Assembly (NCBI GenBank): GCA_002269645.1
Contig: NIVC01000759.1
Span: 62,001 to 126,000, forward strand
Origin: Macrostomum lignano
Lineage: Eukaryota
Length of the DNA stretch: 64,000 nucleotides
Reading direction: 5' to 3'
The notes below the pieces were generated by a model, which had not been told where the DNA came from, made no database searches, and saw only the letters and a list, made by a program, of their open reading frames with translations. This document shows, one piece after another, positions 47,378-58,612 of the stretch (its first letter is position 1; every line of letters begins with the position of its first letter). The position numbers and the translations under genes are program-made.

Positions 47378-48367
47378 GAGAGTCCGCTGGGCTGCCTGGC
47401 CCTGCTTAGTGCCAAACTGATGTCCTGATGCAGAGCGTGAGCGCTCAGACGCTGGTCTGGCGAACCCGGTGTGGCGATGCTGCTGTGCTGTCAGCGGTCC
47501 GGCGATGCAGAGTTGCTGTGCAAACCTGATATGACAGAGCCGGCCTCCTGCCCTGCAGCCAATGTCAGGCAGGGCGGGGTGGCTGCAGGTCGGAGAGTAC
47601 TCTGCCGCTTCCTCATTGGCCAGCTGCGGATCTTTGCAACTTTTTTAAACCGAGAGGTGAAACTTCTGCCCCCCCACCCCACCGGTGAGGGGGGGGGGTC
47701 CGCTGACTCCGCTGGTTGCAGTGAGCGTGGCAATCTGAAAGATGCATGCCCCCTCCTCCCTCTTAGTCAAACCCGGGGGTGTCAGCTTAGCGACTGTTGA
47801 GAGCGAGGGTAGAGCAGATCGAGTTCGGCAAGCCCCCGGGTATCGAATGGCAGAGCAAGGCCTGAGGGAGACCTGCGTCCCCTGTAGCTGCGGCTGCAAC
47901 AGCTGTGGCTCCGGGCTCCGCCTTCTATTAGACAGTCAGAAAGCGGTTATTTTGCTCGGATGATTAATTCCGATCGGCCGCCGGGGGGCTGCACAGTTTC
48001 TGATTAATCTCCCCGCTTGTACTATTCGGGAAATTGAGCGTAATTAGTTTTGGCTGCCGGCGCAGCGGGCCCGACTCAATCCAGCTGGGAGGCTGAGTGC
48101 GCCATCCATTCCAAATTTGCAGATCGATCGGCCCTGCCCCGCATCGTTTGCGGCAATTAACTGATTTGGCAGGGCAGCAGCTCCGCTTGTGTCTGAGGAT
48201 TACGGGGTTCTGAAATGAAAGGAAAAATATTGTTTAGCTCAGTGGCTGCATCAGTCAGGTTCGCTCAGATGAGACGGGAATGGATTTGATATTCAAAGCA
48301 TCGGATATAAATTCAATTCTGAAAAAGCTTTTCGGGCTTTGAGGTTTCTGCTGCGGCTCGCTAAAAC

Positions 48368-49080
48368 GCGCCAGTTTAGACAAAAAGGCGCCAGTTTAGA
48401 CAAAAAGGCGCCAGTTTAGACAAAAAGGCGCCAGAGTAGACAAAAAGGCGCCAGAGTAGACAAAAAGGCGCCAGAGTAGACAAAAAGGCGCCAGAGTAGA
48501 CAAAAAGGCGCCAGAGTAGACAAAAAGGCGCCAGAGTAGACAAAAAGGCGCCAGAGTAGACAAAAAGGCGCCAGAGTAGACAAAAAGGCGCCAGATTAGA
48601 CAAAAAGGCACCAGAGTAGACAAAAAGGCGCCAGAGTAGACGCAGAGGCGCCAGAGTAGACACAGAGGCGCCAGAGTAGACACAGAGGCGCCAGAGTAGA
48701 CACAGAGGCGCCAGAGTAGACGCAGAGGCGCCAGAGTAGACACAGAGGCGCCAGAGTAGACACAGAGGCGCCAGAGTAGACACAGAGGCGCCAGAGTAGA
48801 CGCAGAGGCGCCAGAGTAGACACAGAGGCGCCAGAGTAGACACAGAGGCGCCAGAGTAGGCAAAGAGGCGCCAGAGTAGGCACAGAGGCGCCAGAGTAGA
48901 CACAGAGGCGCCAGAGTAGACAAAGAGGCGCCAGAGTAGGCACAGAGGCGCCAGAGTAGGCACAGAGGCGCCAGAGTAGACACAGAGGCGCCAGATTAGA
49001 CACAGAGGCGCCAGAGTAGGCACAGAGGCGCCAGAGTAGACACAGAGGCGCCAGAGTAGACACACAGGCACCAGAGTAGC
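48368..49080. repeat. 20-bp minisatellite GCGCCAGAGTAGACA(C/A)A(G/A)AG
   Basis: About 35 copies upstream of the globin gene. Confidence 0.96.
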
Positions 49081-49616
49081 GGAGGTCACCAAGGCTAGTA
49101 GTACTCAGACTTCCTTGCCCAGAAAACGGGCAGCATGTCCTTGCTGAACTGCACATTGGGAAAATAATCATTTAGCGCGCCGGATTAGAAAAATGATGAA
49201 GCCGCCAGCCTCTCAGGTTGACCGCCCCCTCCCGCCCCGCAATCTGGCGTTCCTTTGTTCGTCCGTGACCTTCCGTTAAATCTCTGCTAGGAAATAAATA
49301 TTTCCTGCTACTGCTGCATGAGGCGGATGCTCCAAATAATGAGTGCGCAAAATCGAAATGAAGGCCTCTCCTCACGCTCTGCTGATGTGGCGTTTTTAAT
49401 GGGCTCGGGGAGCACGAATTTCGGCTCACAGAAATCTTCCTTTGCATATTTTGAATGAATTCGAGATTCAATTCATTATTAAGAATACATTGCAGACTAT
49501 AATGCTCAAGAACTGACTCAGACTTGAGTTGAAGTCAGTCTCAGTTATTTGTTAAGTCTCTTTGCTCACCAGTCAAACTTTTGCGCCTTAGACTAGGGGT
49601 AGCAGTTGTCTTTAGC

Positions 49617-49774
49617 CATTGTCGGATGATTCATCGTGCAGGAATGCACAAAACCGTGCAGGAATGCATTTCTGCGCCTAATGCTTTTTCAGTGAGATTT
49701 TACCATAGACATCCATTCCTGCACGCAAAAGAGTGCAAGAATGCCATTCTTGCATGGAAAATCAGCCGACAATG
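49617..49774. mobile_element. Small palindromic MITE-like element
   Basis: Perfect terminal IR CATTGTCGG/CCGACAATG, inverted internal GTGCAGGAATG modules, and a central CCATAGAC. Confidence 0.55.
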
Positions 49775-50112
49775 TAGCGTTCTTCGACTGTATATTGAGT
49801 CAAGTGCTTTTTGAGCTCAAACTGACTTCATAAAGCTGTATTATTTTTACAGTGCATTTCTGGCTTCTAGTCAAAAGCCATTGTTCAAAATGTCTATGGT
49901 AATTTAGCTCGTAGTTCAAGGCAATGACATTCATACAATGACCGGTCATTGTTTGGAATTTTTAGTGGTATAATTTTTTAAGTCAACGCGTATATTTTAA
50001 ACTTAACATATAACAATCAAAAACTTTTAGCTATAGTTAATTCGTCGCACAAATGTCTCGATCGTAGTTATTTATGCGACATTTATGCGACATTTATGCG
50101 ACATTTGTGCGA

Positions 50113-50436
50113 CTATCGTAGTTTCTCACTCGCTAGGAAATTAAGGAAGCGTTCACCGTGAATGTACATCTGCTTCCTCGTTTCGGCAGGTAGGCTTTCA
50201 ATTTCTACTCGATCCATCTCGTTAACATCAAGTTGCTGTCCATCTAGGCACGGCAGTTCATCGTTAGAACGATCACTTTGAATGTAGTCAAGGAACGCGG
50301 CAAAGTCGTCGTCGCGTCGGTCGATGTTTGAAGTCTCGGAAATAAAGTTCAGTTCGAACGAGTCGACATTGCCTAATTCGTCGATAGGCAGATTGCGCCA
50401 TACTCGCCCGATGAACAGCGACTCTTTAAAACTCCG
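50113..50436 (-). pseudogene. 108-codon stop-free stretch resembling the N-terminus of Crypton/DUF3504-type tyrosine-recombinase proteins
   Basis: Not in the ORF track (no early start codon): ...LDVNEMDRVEIESLPAETRKQMYIHGERFLNFLASEKLR*. The pattern resembles the 'E..P..T.K.T....F..FL' helix of Crypton-derived proteins, by eye only. Confidence 0.35.
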
Positions 50437-51873
50437 TCATCTTGACCATAGACATATCATTCTCTATGATTGCGTGTGTTCTGCCGTTGTCTGGAACTGA
50501 ACTAACTGATTTTTTCAACCCTTGGCTTTTACCATAGACGTGGCAGATATTAAGATGTGGGGGCTTCGCACGCTCGTGTCTATGGCCATTAATTAACTGA
50601 AATCTCAATTCCGGACAACCACCCATTGTCTAATTCGGTTAGTTCAAAGCTCCGCCATAGACAACTGTTATAGCTCGCCAAGCCACAAGCTTTGTACTCA
50701 GACTGAGGTCATCAGTTTTCGCTCTCCCCGGTTTAGTTTATGACCTGTGAGCTCTGTGGTAGTTATTGACAAGTCTTCGCCAACAACTGCTCATGCAGCC
50801 TCCCCTCAGTCGAGCTCCCGAGAATTTGGACAAGTCGGGTTGAGATTGAAGGGCGATTTTTCTCAGTTTTTATCGCTAAAATCGCCGTGAAATCTCGCTT
50901 ACAAATATGCTTACAGCTTGGTTATAATTTGCCAAACATGCGCTGGCTTCAATTGGCCGCGAGAGAAGTCGCGCGCAAATATGATAGATGGCCATAGTTC
51001 ATTGTTATTGCATTAGCCTGGTGAGCACTAGCTGAGCAGTTGATCTGCATCTAGCTATCTCTCTCTTAACTGGGGGCTCATCTCATTGTGCCGGTCATGC
51101 ATGTACATCCCAACTCGCCCTCCCCGCTACCCAGATCCCATTCAATAAAGGCATACAGCATACCCACGGGCTCATGTTTCGCAGCATTGGGAATTGGGAA
51201 TAATAGATTACAATTAATTGCAATATACAATGCATGGGCAACTAATTTAGCAAGGAATTGGCGAGACCCAGGATCATTGTTACATTGTGAGGCAGTGGTT
51301 TGTTGAATTCTGATGCATTATTGACTGGATTCATTCTTTATTGTCTAGCTACAAGCAATGGAAGGACAAGGAAGTGTTCCCTAAATGATCTGCACATATG
51401 AAAAAGCAAATGCATGCAGATAGGTTGCAACAGCTATACTTGCTGGCTTTAGCAATCGAAGTAATATTTAGACTTAAGCACATATGCTAGTCGATAAATG
51501 TTCAATCGATAGCTTCATTTGCTCAACACACTGCCGAGTGGGTGACTTCTGCGATTGTCGATTTAAGCATGTAAACAGCCTCAGTAGCCGTAAGGGCCTC
51601 ACAATTGTGCGCCCACTCTTTGCGGGAATGCAAATAGGCAACGTAGTATATATGAACTCGAGCATGTTATATATAACGTATAATTGAAATTCTCATTAAT
51701 AAATATTTAAATATATGGCCTGCTACTTTGCATAGTATGTATTATTCTCGGAAGCTAAAAACTCATGCAGTGCAAAAGTTCATTGTTTTCCATTTGGAAT
51801 AAACTGCATATCGATTCAACGTATTATAGTAGCATTCTTAACTTTAGCTTAACGTAAACAAAAATGCATTCTA

Positions 51874-52257
51874 CCCTAGAGGACATTCTGTTTCTCAAAA
51901 CTTAGCAGATCTTGTCTCTGTGCCATTCTTAGCAGATCTTCTCAATCTGCTCGGTTCTTGCAGGATCTTCTAAGATGGAAGGTATACATTTGTTTTGTTA
52001 TTCATTTGGCTAAAGTGTTCTAGCTGAACTATATTTATTTTATGACAAAAAGGGAAATTTAAGAAAATATGCGATTCGAAGCTATAAAACGATATAAAAG
52101 CTAAGATCTTGTACGATGTAGCAAGTCGCCCAGATCTGGTAAGTTTACCTAATTATTATTATAGCGAAGATCTTGCACGTTCTTGCAAGTACTTGCGCAG
52201 CAACCCAAAAAGATAGACAAGATCTGCTAAGAATCAACAAGTCAATGTCTTCTAGGG
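51874..52257. mobile_element. TA-flanked MITE (384 bp)
   Basis: TIR CCCTAGAGGACATT / AATGTCTTCTAGGG (1 mismatch), TA on both sides, and inverted subterminal CTTAGCAGATCTTGTCT. Confidence 0.75.
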
Positions 52258-54642
52258 TATTATGCCTTTAGTATGCCAGAAATTGAAATATATAATCAGT
52301 TTTAAATTAGTAGACCCATCCATGAAGAAATATTCAACTCTGTGGTTTCATTGTAAATGTATATTTCATACTGAATCATAAGCATCTCATACTTTCACTT
52401 TACTTTACGCACATGGATCCAAATTCTAACATTACAATATGCGCTTAAGTGTTTAAATTTTAAGCGTTTTAAAGAAAGTAAAGCTCTAAAATTTTTCTAA
52501 CTACTTCAATCAAAAAGGTGAAATAAGCGACTTTAAATTACGTGAGCATGTATTTGTGCATTTACATTAACATGCGACAACACATTATACGAGCTTTTTC
52601 TGGTGAAAATTAAAACTAATGTCGTAGTTTAGTAAGTAAAATCTTTCGACAATAAATACTTGAAACAAAAAATCACCATGAAAAAAGCATAAGAGTGAAA
52701 ATTTTCATGATATGGCCAGAAACTTCTAGTCCGCAAATTTATAATCGAAAGTCGGGGCCTTATCAACAAAGCAAAACCTAAAAAAGATTCCATTTATTGA
52801 AAAAAAACCAAGATACTGAAAATTCTTCTGAGATTCTTAAACCAATATCGCGTGATTCTAAATAGTCTTTTATTTTTTAGGATTTTACTTACGTAATTTA
52901 GACGACTGGTTACATTTATCGAATACGTTGCGAACGAGTTTTCAGATTTTTCGCGCCAGTTCGGTATTTGTATTTTTTACTTTTTTTATTCGCCGAACAT
53001 CGTCGTCGGCTTGCTTTGTTATTTTGCCTAAAATTACCATAGCCTAGTCCGATATAATGGAAAATGAGATAAGTTATTGTGTTTTTTTGACAAATTAGTT
53101 TAAAAACACAGCGCAAACTTTATTTGATAGAAATAGTTCTGGCGCATGGCGCCAGCAAGCTTTATTGATAGGATTTTTCCGACAATCCGACACACGGTGC
53201 AAGCAAACTTTATTTATAAAATATAACATTTGTTCTAGCGCAGGCGTACCATAATCCTGACTAATAGACTTATGCTAGGCCTCTATTGTAATTATGCTTA
53301 GTATAAAAGACTTGATCTTGAAAAGGGCTGGCGGCCAATGGCCATCCATAAATGCAGAAAAAAACTTGGCAATAATAAAAGTTTTGGTTTGGTTGTCAAA
53401 AATGTTCTCTTGGTTTCTAGAAAATTCGATCCCAGAACTTTTTGGAACATTGTAGAAGCTTACTGTTACTGTGTGGGTATATATTAGAGATGGGTGTATG
53501 CAATCTTGACAGATGGGTGTATGCAATCTTGACAGACTACTTTTTATGACTAGGGCCTATTCCTATCAAAGTGTAGCAGGTCTTTTTGTTCCCTCTGACT
53601 AATCCCACTAAATTGCCACCAAGATGTAGCAGGCCCAGGCCTAAATTGTTCTATCCTAAAAGATCTCACTATTTATACCTCTGTACTAGGCCAAATAATT
53701 TGTTATTACACATATATAGGCTATTGTCCTTATAAATTACCTTGGTAGCTTCAGTGCCTAAGCAGCAAGACATTGCTGACTACTAATTGCTAAACTACAC
53801 AGTCCAACATGGCATTAGTAATGACACATAGTCTGGATCATGATAGGTACACACCCAAACAAAAATTGAATAATGACAAATAGGCCTAGATACAAAAAAA
53901 TTGACTGCATACCCATTCTCAATACTACGACAATATTGTAACAATAAATGACCTTTTTACATTGCAACAATAAATAACCTTTTTTGAATTGCATAATAAA
54001 CCTTTTTAAGCAAATAATTTAGTTCATTTTCAGCTTCTTCAATAGTACTATTCATTGTAGAAAATTGATACACACAAATTTTTGCTTAAATACTTTATTA
54101 CAACTTCACAAGCTTAAAAAACCTAGTAAGCTTGAATATTTGCTTAAAATGAACCTTTTTCATGTTTTTTTTCTACTTCACAACACAATAACTATTCCGT
54201 GTGATTCTATGAAGTACATTCTAAGTATACATGCATACTATTTTCTTAGGAGTGATGCATACCAATTGTGCATACCTATTTCTAGCATGCAAAGCTAATG
54301 CACACTTGAATTTTTGGGCATATACTACATGATCTGGAGTGTGGCCAATGACCAAAAGGTTTCTAGCTTTTGTACTATAGCTTTTGTTCTAGCTTTTGTC
54401 AATAGTAGACAATGAAATTTCTGGCCTGCCTGGTTAAGATCATGCAGCGCATATTGCACTGTTTGCTGCTATGCTACAATCTGCCATTTGAGGTTGTATT
54501 GCTAGACCAGCAGTCATAGCACTAGCTTAGCCTATGTGCATAGGCATGGTATGGGCTAGTCTATATGCAAGTAAGCCATGTGGATTAAGTAGCCTTTCAA
54601 CATTTTATAAACCTCTTGATCTGTTCATCTTGACCCCTTGGG

Positions 54643-55004
54643 GGGCCGTAGCCCAGCAGTAGCGCAGCTGCTCTGGTGTGCCAGCGACCCAGGCTCGATT
54701 CCAAGTGCAGTCACATTAATTTGGGGCTGAATTGGAATCTCGGCTTGGCTCTGCTCGTGTAATTAACGGCCTTGAGAGCCAACCCCCCCCCCCAAGGCGC
54801 AGTGAAGTGTACATGCCTAACGATAATATAAAGTTAGGGCCGCTGTACACTCCTGTGTGAGTATGTGCCTGCGTACGTATCCGCGCGCTTGTATGCCTGC
54901 TCAGGGAGTCGGCGGAATGGGCAGTAATGCCTCTCGCCGGTTGTGTGCCTATGTCGCTTAAAGTGTGCCAAGGTGCACACAACCCCCCTGCCTCTAATAA
55001 AAAA
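54643..55004 (+). mobile_element. tRNA-derived SINE, family 2, with long TSD and A tail
   Basis: A-box-like TAGCCCAGCAG, B-box-like GGCTCGATTCC, ends AATAAAAAA. Flanked by TCATCTTGACCCCTTGGG at 54625-54642 and 55005-55022. Confidence 0.85.
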
Positions 55005-56593
55005 TCATCTTGACCCCTTGGGAGCCTATCTGCTTGTTTGCTGGCCTGTTCTCTTAGCAGTTGAGCTTGTGCCTTTGGATTGTGCAGCACCAGTGGTTGT
55101 TTTTCTAAAGCGGGCCACTTGGCTACCTGGACTTTTTCTTCTCCTATTGCAATACACTTAATGACAACTGATTTGAGCTATTTGACCATCTGATCTATCT
55201 CTTGGCTTTCAGCCATGGTCAGCACCATCACAGCATTGTTCTCTGCAGCCGAGTCCATTGGTGCAACCATTGTTGTTAGTGCCATCATGGCATCTTCTAC
55301 AATCACAGCAACTGGCGCTGACATTGTGGTGACCATCATTGTCAGCGTACTCACGCTTGAGCTCATTTCCACCTCACTTCCAAGTTCAATTTCTGAAAAT
55401 ATTTTATGAACAATATCATTATCTGCCATTATGTTAATTTCATCTTCTATCACAGATAATTCTAGCCTAGCATGGGTTAGCAATTTCAAAATGGATAATA
55501 TCTATTAGCACGACTATAATTGATTTCCTCTTGCCTTAAAGTTCTTGTTTATATAGGCATGGCACCCTTCCCAAGCATTGTTTGTTTTAATTTGCCTATC
55601 AATTCTTTTAAACAAAAGCTGAATTTTAATTGGCTGACTGTCTAGATTTCCCTGCTGACCACTCCTGGCTTTCCCAATAGCTGACTTCTAATTGGCTGTT
55701 CTATGTCTTCCCCTTGCCCAATGAAGTCCTACTTGTTGGCTTTGAATATGTGCCTTACCCTTGTTACAAATTTCCCATACTCAGAATTTTATTTAATCCC
55801 TCAAATTGGTTCCACACAGAAACTAGCCTTTTCAGATAGCATTGACATCTGTTTGAGCTTGGTCTGATTGCACGTGTTATACCTTTTGGCTAGTGTTATG
55901 TCATTCTCTCTCTCACTTTGCCTAGCATGCAATATCTCTTCCTTGGACTCACTATACTCGCATGCAACCTCTTCTTCACTCTCTCTCTCTCCTTCATGCT
56001 CAAGCTCTGATTCCTCTCCTTTCTTACTTTTCTTAATCTCTTCCTCCGAGCTCTCATACTGTATTCTCTCCTTCACTTCCTTCCTCCCTAATTTCTACTT
56101 CTGCTCCTCTAAATCACTTCCTCTTATTGATTCATTTCTATCATGGAGCTTGCATTGCCAATTGATTTGGTCTTCATCTAATAATGATATTTTTTCTTGT
56201 TCATATAGCTTCTTAATTGGTCTAGCTTTGGTCTTCTTCTTAGGCTGGCTTCCTTTGCAAATTGCCTCTGCTGCTTGGCTTCCCTTGTCTTAAAGCTCTG
56301 CAGTTGGCATACTGGGCTGGCCTCCCTTGTCTATTGGCTTTCTGGCTGAGTTTGGTACTAATGTCATGTTATCTCTATGCACTATTAGCATACATGCGCA
56401 ACATTGGAAATCACCCGGCCATTTCTATTGGCAACACACACATGTAAGTCGCTATTGGCTAAGAGCAGTCATATGACTACTATTCCATCCAATAGCAACA
56501 TGTGTGTGTGTTGCCATAAGAAATGGCCAAGTGAATCCCAAGGTTGCACCCAAGCATGACTATTAGTTTATTGCCTGTTAGCTCTCCATTCTC

Positions 56594-57600
56594 CTAAATT
56601 TTGAAGACAACTTCCAAAATCTGCTTTAGCAATCTGTAGGCTGCTCTTTTCTTTTTTTGAAACTTATGTGATTCCTCATTCTCTAATTGCAGATTCTTAA
56701 TTAGTACTAGACTTCCTAATGCAGTATTTTTGGGCTTTTTCTGATTTTCTAAACTTTCTTGTCTATGGCTATGTACCTTCTCATATTTCTCTCTTACAAG
56801 TTTCCTTGCACTCTCCAATTTCTTTGCATGTTTGGCAATATACGTTGGATAATTAGTGCAATTATTTGATTCTAATCTCACTATCTATAGGCAAAACTGC
56901 TTCTCTTCCAAACAATAGAAAATGAGATGAATATCTGGTGGTCTGGTTCACACTAGTGTCTAGTTCTGACTGCTATTAATGCTACTGGGATTAGCAAGTA
57001 TCACCAGTATCAACATTTTACAAATTGCAAAACAAATTAAACTGCTTGCTAGTAAATGCTTTACCATTGTCTATGTGAATCCAATGGCACTGGCCATACT
57101 CACTGAACACTCTCTCTTGTAATAATTCGATGATTGTATCTGCTTTCTGATTACGTATTAGGAAAGCAAATGGGTATTGCGTGTTATTATCCACTATAGT
57201 TAAAATGTACTAGTGCCCTCTTTTGCTTACTTTTGAGATTGGCCCGATCACATCTATATGCAATCAATGAAATGGTTCACTGATTGGAAATGACTGCACT
57301 GGCGCCTGAATCTTATGACCTCTCTTGCTCTCTAGGCATGGAATACACTCCACCACATATTTCTCTACTGTGGTCACTAAGCCTAGCCTCCAAAATCTCT
57401 CTTTGACATGTTGGATTGTCTTGTCCCTGCCTAAGTGTCCAGCTAGTAGGCTATCATGTAGATTGCTAAGAACTAGCTTGTCCAAGGATCTAGGCAAGAC
57501 AACTTTCCATATTTTATCTTCTTCAATAATGAACATAGGTGATTCACCAAAAGTTACTAAACCTTGGCTGGGAACTAGTGTCTCATTTTCCATATTCTCC
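56594..57600 (-). mobile_element. Degraded Gypsy integrase (element probably spans ~53.3-57.7 kb)
   Basis: LHDSLLAGHLGRDKT...CIPC HHCC, DVIGP, IVDN, IHIDNGKAFTS core; many stops. Confidence 0.85.
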
Positions 57601-58612
57601 CCAACCTAATACCTAGCAACTACTATCTATTCTTGTCCTGATTGATGTCTTAACAAGCAAAACTTTTGCTGATGAAGCTCTAGATAACTGACTCAACAAC
57701 TTTTGTCTTGAAACCTTAGAAATTCTGCACTGATGGCATTGTGTCTCTGCCTGAAAAAATGGCAAATGATTGATTTGGATGGCAATTACTTTGTTTCTTT
57801 AAGTCTTTCCGTATTTAAAAAAAACTTGGTTTGGAGGAAGGTTTTAGAAACCACAAGAACATTCTCAACAACTGGATAGTCAAGTACTTTACTTAAGTAG
57901 GTCTAGCCTAAGCCTAGGTCCAGGTCTAAGCCCTTGCAGTGATAATGACAAGTAACTTTGGATAGGTGTTTTTATTTAAAAAAAGGTTTAAAATGTATTC
58001 ATTTTTATACTAAAATTAAAAGTAAACTATAAAATAAAAAGCAATTTAAAGTTTAAAGTTGTCAGGTCATAGCAAGATTTCTAGAATTGATATTTTGTTT
58101 TACTTTTTACAAAGGCTAAATGATTTTGTTGTTCAAACTTTCCATTTTTCTAATACAACATGGTTTTGCCAAAATTCATATAAAATGTTTTTTTGTTCAG
58201 AATTATAGCTATTGTTTTTTCTATAGTTGCTTAAACCTAGATACATATTTTACTTTGATTGCTATACAACCCTATTGAAATACTTTTCAATAGCATGAAT
58301 ATGTATGCTTGTCAGATGCCTATAATTCTAGGTATGCTATACCATATTAATACCATTTTAAGGAGTACTAGACAGAAGACACCAATAACAAGTTTTAGAC
58401 ATGCTAGGCTGCACACTGCACTGTTACCAGATTGTGGCATTCCTATGTTGTGTCGCAACTATCTGTGCTTAAATTCTCTATGCTGCACCGGACAGCATTT
58501 ATAAAAAAGAGCTGGAGGCCATATATTAGAACTTCACTATTGATGGACGTATTTAATGATATTGATATTCATTAATGCTTTTCCTTCATGCTCTACGCCC
58601 TCAGCAGCAGCC

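Noticed and set aside
51088-51400. Possible LINE endonuclease fragment
   Set aside because: The IYN-like motif alone is too weak; no GDFN or other APE motifs in frame.
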